Below are positions 24,481 through 33,925 of a stretch of DNA of 64,000 nucleotides, one piece after another. This DNA comes from Heteronotia binoei (taxonomy: Eukaryota). How positions within the stretch are numbered: the first letter of the stretch is position 1; each line of letters starts with the position of its first letter. The notes under the pieces were generated by a model, which worked only from the letters and a program-made list of their open reading frames with translations, ran no database searches and was not told the origin of the DNA. The DNA lies in assembly GCF_032191835.1 (NCBI RefSeq), contig NC_083228.1, forward strand, positions 114,452,001 through 114,516,000. The letters run 5' to 3'. The position numbers and the translations under genes are program-made.

Positions 24481-26956
24481 CCTTTTATTTACCTCAGTCG
24501 GACTAGCATTCCACGGCTTAAAGGAATCCTTCTTACGTTTTATTTTTACAATGATTGTTCCTTATTGGATTACAACTTGTTTCCAAACATTGGCTTTCTC
24601 TAGTGACTGTAATAGGTTTGTGAAATACAGGCATGCCTGCCATCTCCTATAAGCCAGATGTCATCTGTGCCAGTCCCTTTGCCATTCACTGCTAGATCCA
24701 AGGGTAATAGGATCAGGGCAGGGATAACACCAACCATTACACAAAATGAACGATGCTACATCCATGTTCCAAGTACCTCTTGGCTGTCATTACTGGGGAA
24801 GCTGACATGTGGAAACATCCACATCTTACATCCTGTTCTCTTACTGTCTTAGAGAATAAGCTTCTTTTCTTATGATCAGAAATCCTAGAAATCTTGTGTA
24901 TCTTCCTTCCCTTTTCAAAAGATTTAGAATCTGAACTGACCAAAGTAGTATAAATATGCTGAGGGAAGGGGATGTATTCTGTTTAAAGCATGAACAAACA
25001 TAACTTCTGCATACATTAAACTGTGATTTAGACAAAGTTTTGAAGCACATCCAATATCTTGTTTTTGCTTTTGGGGAGTAACTACTCAGTGGGATGTAGC
25101 ACTTTTCGATGGACCTTTTGCCAATCACATTGGAGGCATTAAGCCCATGCATTCAGCTATGAAGCAGAGAATCCATTCTCCATGAACTAATGAAACATGA
25201 CACTAATGAGGGAATATATTCTTCTTTCCAAAATGCCCAGACCTCTTGTTGTTAGAAGCCAGAAGTGATTGAGAATCACTCCATAACTCTTACCTCCTAG
25301 TTTCTTATAGCTTCTTTTAGATGAAGGTTACTGGTCTCAACGATCTGATAAGACATGGTAAGTCTTACATAACCAACATTACTTCATAAGTATTTCTGTT
25401 GTTTATTACCTTGAAACTTTTACAGAAATTGAGCCCAGTTGATTAACTTTTAGAACCCAACAGCCATCAGAGATGGAGGGAAGTTTGGGTCCTTGATTCT
25501 GAACAGTGCATGACCATTGAGTCTATCTTGTGTAGTCAGTGGTCTCTCAATAAGAACTATGGAATCCCTTTATGGTTACAAAGAGCAGCTGTACAGGCTT
25601 GCAGGCTCCAGGTATCAGGTGCCAGAAGTCAGGGTCATTCCATCCAAGGTGAGGGGTCCAGAAGTCAGGCAAAGCAGAGTTTTTCAGTCCAAGGTCAGGG
25701 GTCCAGTAGTAAGGTAAGGCAAAGTCAGTAACTTACCATCTATCATATACATTATGTCCACTCTTAACAGCCTCTCTTGGTTATGTAGCCCAACACTTAA
25801 GGTCCCTGCTTGCAACCAGTTGCTCAGAAACAATCCTGCAACTACACCTTTGTTATCAGCAGGTAGCTGGTGTCGGGCCAGGTGGTGAGCACTTTGCCAT
25901 CTTGTCTATAGTTCAGTTGTCCTCATTATTTCTGGGCCTGCCTGACTCATAGCAGCTTGGATATGTAATGGTAAAAATTTTGTATATATTCTTCCATGTC
26001 AAACAAGTGATCAAAGCTGATGTGAAGGAACCTGAATGCATTAGTCCAGTAGTCTTTGATTTGTAGATGGGGACCCTCAGGTGGGTTTTGGGGCTTTGCC
26101 TACTGGTTCATGAGCTACCATCTTTTGCTGCTTTTTGAAAAGGCCTGCACACTTTCTGCTTAAGATGAGTAGCAGGTGGCATGCTGAGCTCACTCAGTGG
26201 TGAAGAAGATTGCTTTTTTTTTGCTCAGGTGTGTTCAGAACATGTTCCTGCCAAATCCTCTCTTGCTTTTTCTCTTTTCCCCTCATGGCATGGTGCTCTC
26301 CCAGTTGGGCTACAAATGCTCTATACATGCTATAGCATGGAGCATACCTATGTACTTGTAACTTTGGCTCTTCCCATTTCGGTTTTGTCAAGCGCAACTT
26401 CTTATCACATCTCACAGCTCACTGGGTCCCATGCAATTGTCTCATGATTAAAGGTGGATATTATGTCTGGAAAAATTGAATATCACTGCATTGGGTCATA
26501 TAGAAAATGTGATTTTAATGATCTTGATTCCATCTATACATAATATAGCCACCAAACAACTCACTGGAAAAAAAATCATCAGGTGCCTATTTGAAAATAC
26601 ATGGCTGCAAGTGTTTTGAAGGTGCTGGATTATTATTTTTTGGGGTGGGTGGGGGGGGGGGTGAGATGATAGCAATTGCCAAGCTGTGTATTTTACCAGT
26701 TCAGGGCATGTTTTATGTTTTAATTTGGATGCAGGGATTTTTTTTCCTGGATAATGCCGTGGAACTGAGTTCGCAAACCTCTTAATTGAACAAAATTCTC
26801 AAAAAATGTTTAAAAGTTAATGAAGGGGCACCTATGTGTTTCGCCTTCATTTCCCTCTTGAGAGTTCCAGGACCTCTTTTTCCAGAAAAAAAGCCCTTGT
26901 TGGATGTATTACATTCATGTTGGATGTATTACATTCATGTTGGATGTATTACATTA

Positions 26957-27309
26957 ATTACATTCCCTATGAAGAAAGGTTGAAATGCTTGGGACTCTTT
27001 AGCTTGGAGAAACGTTGACTACGGGGTGACATGATAGAGGTTTACAAGATAATGCATGGGATGGAGAAAGTAGAGAAAGAAGTAGGTACTTTTCTCCCTT
27101 TCTCACAATACAAGAACTTGTGGGCATTCGATGAAATTGCTGAGCAGACAGGTTAAAACGGATAAAAGGAAGTACTTCTTCACCCAAAGGGTGATTAGCA
27201 TGTGGAATTCACTGCCACAGGAGGTGGTGGCGGCCACAAGCATAGCCACCTTCAAGAGGGGTTTAGATAAAAATATAGAGCAGAGGTCCATCAGTGGCTA
27301 TTAGCCACA

Positions 27310-27371
<62 letters not shown>

Positions 27372-27450
27372 TTTGCCACTGTGTGACACAGAGTGTTGGA
27401 CTGGATGGGCCATTGGCCTGATCTAACATGGCTTCTCTTATGTTCTTATG
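26957..27450 (+). mobile_element. CR1 LINE 3' end
   Basis: Encodes YEERLKCLGLFSLEKR; 3' UTR TTGGACTGGATGGGCCATTGGCCTG; ends TTATGTTCTTATG. Confidence 0.9.
27310..27367. repeat. Compound (GT)n(AT)n microsatellite inside the CR1 3' UTR
   Basis: Directly visible. Confidence 0.97.
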
Positions 27451-28995
27451 GGGGACTTTCCTGAGTCTCAGAACAGTTTTCAGTTGTGGTAGGTAAGTAA
27501 GTAAGTAGTTGAAATATCAGGGGGTTGAATGAATTGTAGAATTCTACAACCAGGTCTAGTTCTGTCATGTGGGGTGTTTGTGTGTGTGTGTGAAAGGCTT
27601 TTCCAGCTCAGGTGCCTCAGACAACTCTTTACCAGCTCTTTAATTCATGTACTGAATCCAGAACCTCATGTCGGCAAAGTGTGCGTGTTCTGGAGTGCAA
27701 CTCTCTCTCTTTCGTAGCCCTCAGTTATGTTCTGTTCCCTTTTTCTCAAGAGATAGTGATTCAGATCTGAGGTTAATATACCTTAAAAGGACATGATGGA
27801 TATTGTATAGCTGTCTGTGTCTCACTTCTGTATGGTCCAGTTTGGATATCACTGCCTCGGCAAGTGCCAGGAGAATTAGGGGTTAGTGGCTTGGGAGGGT
27901 GGAGTTTGGGGAAGATGAAATGTCTCTTTCAAGTGTCTCTAGAAATTTCCCCTGAGCTCTATAGCAAAGACCATGGAGGCATTGGAAAATTTCTAGAGTG
28001 TCTCTCTGGAGGCCATGTTTTAATCTTCTCGGTTTCTCAAAGGTGGGAGATTGAGGCATGGGGCAGGGAATTCTCTAGAGGTCGGGCAATTGGGAAGGTG
28101 AGCACAGCCTGGGCATTCAGACATAGAAGCCTGAAGGCTCAATAGAGCTCTGCTTCCTCCCTATGTACTCCTTGCTCCTTACTTTGACCACATATGCACA
28201 CATGCAGGCTGTGCAAGAGGTACTGCAAGGAATGCAAGAACCATGCATTCCTCCCTCACACCCCTCCCTCCTTTTGTGTACTCTGCAAGTTATTTGCTAT
28301 ATTGTTCCCCATGTTGATTTTCTGTCCTGGCAAAATGGGCTAATGGCTATGTTTTAAAAAGCATTTAACAAAGTACAGATAAAGGTCAAAAACCTGTAAT
28401 TGAGATATAAAAAAATGTGCACACAGCATCTTGTTTGCTTTCAGTTGTATAGTAAACCTTCACCTTTGGCTTGTTAAATGGATCCAGGGGGAGAACACAA
28501 TTGAAATGTTGGCATTGATTCAATATGAGTTCATTTGTGGGATATAAAATAAAATCTTTATTGAACTGTACAACATTTTGAGCCTGTTTAACCAATATTG
28601 CTGTTAAAAAAACTACAATTTGTCCATTTAAACTAGAGTCAAGCAAATCACATTTTTATTGTCAATAATTTAGTAACCAAGAATACCAGAAAGATATATT
28701 TTGTTTATGCTCAATTATATTTTCAGTGGCTGTATTGTGTTCTCAGAGTGATGAGTTATGCTAGCAACTTTTCAAATAAAAGTCAAAAGGACATAAAACA
28801 ACAAAGCTCCTTAGCAGCGTACTTATTAGGATGATTTACCTTCTCTTTCTAATAGAAATGTGTATATCTTTAGATACTCTGAATGAGTAGCAATAGCGGA
28901 CAGTCAACATTACATACATTGAACCCAATGCCCATAGAAAGCAAGTGGACACGTACATTTCCTATATACTCCGTGCTCATGAGCTGGTGATCCCA

Positions 28996-29236
28996 CATAG
29001 AACATAAGAGAAGCCATGTTGGATCAGGCCAATGGCCCATCCAGTCCAACACTCTGTGTCATACAGTGGCCAAAAAACCCAGGTGCCATCAGGAGGTCCA
29101 TTAGGGGTGCCAGGACACTAGAAGTCCTCCCACTGTTGCCCCCCCCCAGCACCAAGAATACAGAACATCACTGCCCCAGACAGAGAAATCCAACGATACG
29201 CTGTGGCTAATAGCCACTGATGAGCATCTGTTCCAT
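28996..29236 (-). mobile_element. CR1 3' UTR fragment
   Basis: ACATAGAACATAAGAGAAGCCATGTTGGATCAGGCC is the reverse complement of the CR1 tail at 27400-27450. Confidence 0.85.
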
Positions 29237-29286
29237 AGGCGGTAGGGTGAGGCCAATGCTCATGTCAGGTGGTGGGTCTGTTGGTA

Positions 29287-29590
29287 GGAGAGCCAGTTTG
29301 GTGTAGTGGTTAAGTGTGTGGACTCTTATCTGGGAGAAGCGGATTTGATTCCCCACTCCTCCACTTGCAGCTGCTGGAATGGTCTTGGGTCAGCCATAGC
29401 TCTGGCAGAGGTTGTCCTTGAAAGGGTAGCTGCTGTGAGAGTCCTCTCAGTCCCACCTATCTCACAGGGTGTCTGTTGTGGGGGAGGAAGATAAAGGAGA
29501 TTGTGAGCCGCTCTGAGACTCTGAGATTCGGAGTGGAGGGCAGGATATAAATCCAATCAAATACCATCATCATCATCTTCTTCTTCTGAT
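29287..29590 (+). mobile_element. Young tRNA-derived SINE (Squam3-like gecko subfamily)
   Basis: GGAGAGCCAGTTTGGTGTAGTGGTTAAG head, B-box-like GGTTTGATTCCC, L2-like tail and a (CAT/CTT)n end. Near-identical copies at 39773, 42843 and 50914. Confidence 0.85.
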
Positions 29591-30513
29591 TCTCCTGGGA
29601 TTACAATAGATTTTCAGACTACAGAGATTCCCCAGGAGGAAATGACAGCTTTGGTGGAGGGACATAATGTCATCACATCCTCCCCCCCAACTATGACCTC
29701 CCCAGGTACCACCTCCAAAACTCCAGGAATTTTCCATGGTGGAGTTGGCAACCCTGGGCTGTTGTCCACTCTTTCTCTATGTCCATTGGTTTGTACACAT
29801 GTCCTGTTGTCTACAGAGGGCTGTAGACAACAGGACATGTGTACAATCTGGGTTTGGACTTGAAAATATTCTCCTTTTCTCAAAATGGGTTGTATGAAAA
29901 CCTTCAAGGTGATGAATGCTGAAAGAAAAGTCTGGGATCAGTTATTTGTACAGTCACTTCTTTTTAACGGAGGGCTATGTTAAATTTTAAAATATTTATT
30001 TTATATTTATTTATTTTAAAATATTTGTTTTAAATTTTAAAAATCTCAACATTGGGTAACAATCAGCACCCTCACAATTATGTTTAATGTTTTATTGTAC
30101 AAATAAAACATAAACATGTAACACACTGATAAAATATAGAATAAAACCACAATTAAATGACATCATTTTATATGGTCAGAGTCTTGCAACTTCTGTAGTT
30201 GTGAGTCATTCTCTATAAATACAAACAGTAGTGGCTTCCTTGTGATTCTTTCTGTTGATAGAAGATGTTTGGCCCTCATTGAGTTGGTATCTTTAAAAAA
30301 TTCCCCCAAGAAATCAGAGTAGCAGGTAGATCACATGGGGAGCAATTTTTCACATCCATGTATTCTTTTAGAACTTAAAAATTCTATTAATCTTGAGATC
30401 AAAAATAGCTGTCTGGGGTGTGTGACATTTGTACGAAGAATTAACCTGGTAAGCGGTACAATCTGGTCAAAATTAAGAAAAGATCATTGTGGGATGGCTA
30501 AACTGTAAAATGA

Positions 30514-30874
30514 GGAGCCCCATGGTGCAGAGTGGTAAAGCTGCAGTACTGCAGTCTGAGCTCTCTGCTCACAACCTGAGTTCAATCCTGGTGGAAGGTG
30601 GGTTCAGGTATTTATTTTATTTATTTATTTAGAATTTATATCCCGCCCTTCCCACAAGTGGCTCAGGGTGGGTAGCTGGCTCAAGGTTGACTTAGCCTTC
30701 CATCCTTCTGAGGTCGGTAAAATGAGTACCCAGCTTGCTGGGGGGAAAGTGTAGATAACTGGGGAAGGCAATGGCAAACCACCCCATAAAAAGTCTGCCA
30801 TGAAAATGTTGTGATGTGATGTCACCCCAGTCGGAAACAACTGGTGCTTGCACAGGGGACTACCTTTACCTTTT
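30514..30874 (+). mobile_element. Sauria SINE
   Basis: GGAGCCCCATGGTGCAGAGTGGTAAAGCTGCAGTACTGC head, GGTCGGTAAAATGAGTACCCAGCT body, ACCTTTACCTTT tail. Confidence 0.85.
30611..30670 (-). mobile_element. 60-bp L2-type 3' tail inserted in a Sauria SINE
   Basis: Reverse complement is CACCCTGAGCC...GGGCGGGATATAAAT plus (AAAT)n; flanked by GGTA direct repeats (30607-30610 / 30671-30674). Confidence 0.75.
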
Positions 30875-31445
30875 AAGCTGTAAAATGTTTGCTTTGCTGC
30901 AAGTATTTTCACTTTTATGACCAATACCCCCTGTCCAATGCAAAACATAGCCTCTCCTTAATATGGTTTAGATTAAATTATATTTTAGATTATTCTAGAA
31001 CTCTTGTACTCATGAGTTTGGTGAAAAAGGTTCCTGGTGTATTCCTAACTTTAAGAGGTTTCATACTGTGCATTTTCAACAGTGAGAACTAAAGTAATGG
31101 CAAATTATTCAGCCTAAATCGTCTGCAAGATAGGCCCTATACATTCTAATAGGAAAATGCAGGAGGGAAGAGCTGGCTACTATCTGTGCAAGGTTTTTAC
31201 ACCATGTGACTTCAGTCCATACCCTTCACCAGTGGGGTGGACCCTGCCTCCTTCTTTCTACAAATCTGGTAGACCTCTGACTCCTCCCCTGACTCTGGAG
31301 GTGTTCTTCCAGTTGTAGCATTTGTGGGGGGGGGGGCATATTGGAAGATGGGAGGCAGGGAAGTTTCACTCTGTGGATAGAAGTCCTGCTTTCCATGTAA
31401 ATTTTGAGCAGTATCCAAGGCAATGTGATGTCATTGTGTCTAGTG

Positions 31446-31690
31446 TTTCCCAAGTAGGGTTGCTAGGTCCACCCCCCCGACCACTGGCAGGGGATTGGCA
31501 GAGTGGGGTTGCCAGATCCAGGTTGGGAACCTCCTGGAGATTTGTGGATGGAGCCTGGGGAGAACAGAGATTTCACTGGGAGAGTCCACCCTCCAAAGCA
31601 TCCATTTTCTCCAGAGGAAGTGATCTTCCTAGTCTGGAGATAAACTGTAATTCTGAGGGACCTCCAGGTACCTGGAGGCTATTCTCTAAC
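31446..31690. mobile_element. GGGTTGCC-TIR MITE family fragments
   Basis: Two GGGTTGC(C/T)A starts (31447 and ~31507) and the CCAAAGCATCCATTTTCTCCAG body seen at 16630 and 58090. Confidence 0.6.
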
Positions 31691-31785
31691 CCTGTACCAC
31701 TTAAGTGGCAACTGCAGACTGCAGTGGTAGTGGTGTTGAGAAGAATTCCTGAAGAATTCTTCAAGAATACCTGAAGAATTGCAAG

Positions 31786-32353
31786 TCTGATTTGCCCCCA
31801 ACTTCAGTGAGTTGCGGGCAGGGAGGAGAGTGCGTCTAACAAACATGTAATTGGAACCCTAAAGGATGTATGTTTGGGGACGGAATCTGCAGAGGGAAAA
31901 TTGTGAACAGAAAAAGGGCTAAGTGCTCCTTCACTTTGCCATTTGTCATATAAAGTCAGGATCCAGACTCACCTGGGTCCCATTTGTGGTGTTGCAGAGA
32001 GGGGGAGAGTGGGGGCAGCCATTGCTGCCTCATTGTGAGGTGGAGGGGGTGGGCCAGCAGTCTTCACACGGGAAGCTGGATGCTTACCCACCCTTTTCCC
32101 CTTGCAAGCCTATGGGGTGTCTTGGTTGGAGGGCAGGGGGTGCCTTAAGGCGCTGCACAACTGCCACTCCCTCTCTCTTACTTCCGGATTTGCCACCAAC
32201 TTCTGTGGATTGGGGGAAGGGGGGGGGAGTGCATCTAACAAACATGTAATTGTAACCCTAAAGTATGTATGTTTGGAGATGGAAGCTGCAGAGGGAGAAT
32301 TGTGGACAGGAAAAGGGCTAAGAGCTCCTTCACTTTGCCATTTGTCATATAAA
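31786..32353. repeat. Dispersed direct repeat pair (~165 bp, ~400 bp apart)
   Basis: 31831-31953 and 32231-32353 align at roughly 85-90% (TCTAACAAACATGTAATTG...CTCCTTCACTTTGCCATTTGTCATATAAA), with weaker similarity extending ~45 bp upstream. Confidence 0.85.
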
Positions 32354-33098
32354 AAGCCCTCTTCCTGACCACAGAGTTGCCTTCAGAACTGGTAGTTCCA
32401 TGCATATAACATATAGTTTGCGCTTTAATGTTCACTCCAGGTGCCGAAACTATGTAAAAGTTGCCTCTGAGGTACTGCTTAGCAAAACTAGGCAGACTTC
32501 CAAACTATCGTCTAATTTCAGAGTTTGTATAATAGAATGTTTTCAGGGTGTAGATGCTTTGAATAATATTTAGCCGACAAATTATGTCAGGGTTTTTACT
32601 GTCCCAATGACACGTCCCCTGACAGTATTATTCTCTAAGAGACGGAATTGGAAGGCATTAAAGCGTGCTGTATGGAAAGATGAAAAACAAATATTAATTT
32701 CCAGACTTGGTATTTGCACAAAGCCAGACTACAGAGCGAACAATTTCTATTTAAATCTGAATAACATTGACTCATGACAAGGACCATTCAAATGGATTTG
32801 AAGGGCAAAACTATGAGCTACAGTTATGGAGATTTTGTGATTGTGCCCTCTGTTACCAGGAGTGTGCCATGTACCAAAATGGCATAATTTTGCATGCCAA
32901 AATTGCATGTTCCTGGTTCAGGCTGTAATCCTAAAGATACTTCCCTGGGAGAAAGCCCCAGTGAGAACAAGGGACTGACTTCTGAGTAGATCTTCTAAGG
33001 ATTGCTCTGATTAAATGTTGTTGGCACTAAAAAAAGCAACTATCCTTTGTGATGGCTTCATGTTCCATTAAAAATCCAATATTCATTTAAAACTCTCT

Positions 33099-33307
33099 GG
33101 GGGGGTGGGCTCCCTCTGGGTATCCTACCCCCCCAGGGAAAGTGTATGCGCAATACATAGCCTCTCCTCTCCCGGTGTAGTGAATGCCGCGTGGTCACTG
33201 TCTGGCTATGCCTGGCAGATGGTCACTGCAATGGCCTCTCCTGCATTACTGCATCCGTAGCAACACCTTCTCGCTGGTCCCCCCCGTTTTTCACAGAGTT
33301 TGCTACG
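33099..33307 (+). ncRNA. Predicted HDV-like (CPEB3-type) self-cleaving ribozyme at the RTE 5' end
   Basis: P1 33099-33105 (G7) / 33279-33285 (C7); P2 33256-33263 / 33300-33307; P3 ACC 33265-33267 / GGT 33276-33278; L3 TTCTCGCT; P1.1 C33270-G33286; J4/2 CAGA with C33294. Folded by eye and not tested. Confidence 0.75.
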
Positions 33308-33925
33308 TCATGGTGCGACCGAATTGTCCGGCGGTATAACCGGATGGGCAGGCTGGGCCCACCAACCTTGCCAGCCTAAGAGAAGGAAAACTCTAACATC
33401 AAACCCGGGCAGATAGAGCTCGTTAATGTAACACCTACCACCTGGAGGACTCGCTGCCGGCGTCCCGGCTTACTGGGCCATGGCAGATGACCCCCAGGTG
33501 AAAGGGTGGAGCCAGTACCACGCACACTGGGCTTCACCTAAAAAATTCCTCTGCGCAGGCCTGAAGGGCATATCCACATACACAACCCACAATGCATCAA
33601 GTCCTGCAGCGATGGGCAAGGGGCGAAACGGCAGGTGGAAGGTGCCACTGGAAGCCGCAGTCCCGATCCTGCATGTAGGCGGTTCAGGGTATTGGTCGCC
33701 TGATGCTAACCCGGAGACGAAAGCATTTTTCGGCAGCACCCTGAACGACCAAGCAGCCTTATCTAGGGACAGCACTGCTTGCTCCACACGGAGAGGGGCC
33801 TAGAAAAGGTGGCCTAAACAAAGCTCGTCTCCTCCACCCCAGTTGGCTAGCCGCGGTCAACGGGCATCCTTACTTGCGGTCAAAAAATAACAACAAAGAA
33901 AAGGCATGCACCTGCCTCACAAAGT

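Noticed and set aside
25321-25357. MKVTGL match to RAD51B
   Set aside because: Only six residues match; the flanking residues and exon boundary do not fit RAD51B as I recall it.
25510-25920. Possible Gypsy-type solo LTR (also 47370-47781)
   Set aside because: Only compositional resemblance (GTCAGG-rich tandem motifs, AATAAA, CA end); no TSD or partner, so not listed as a feature.
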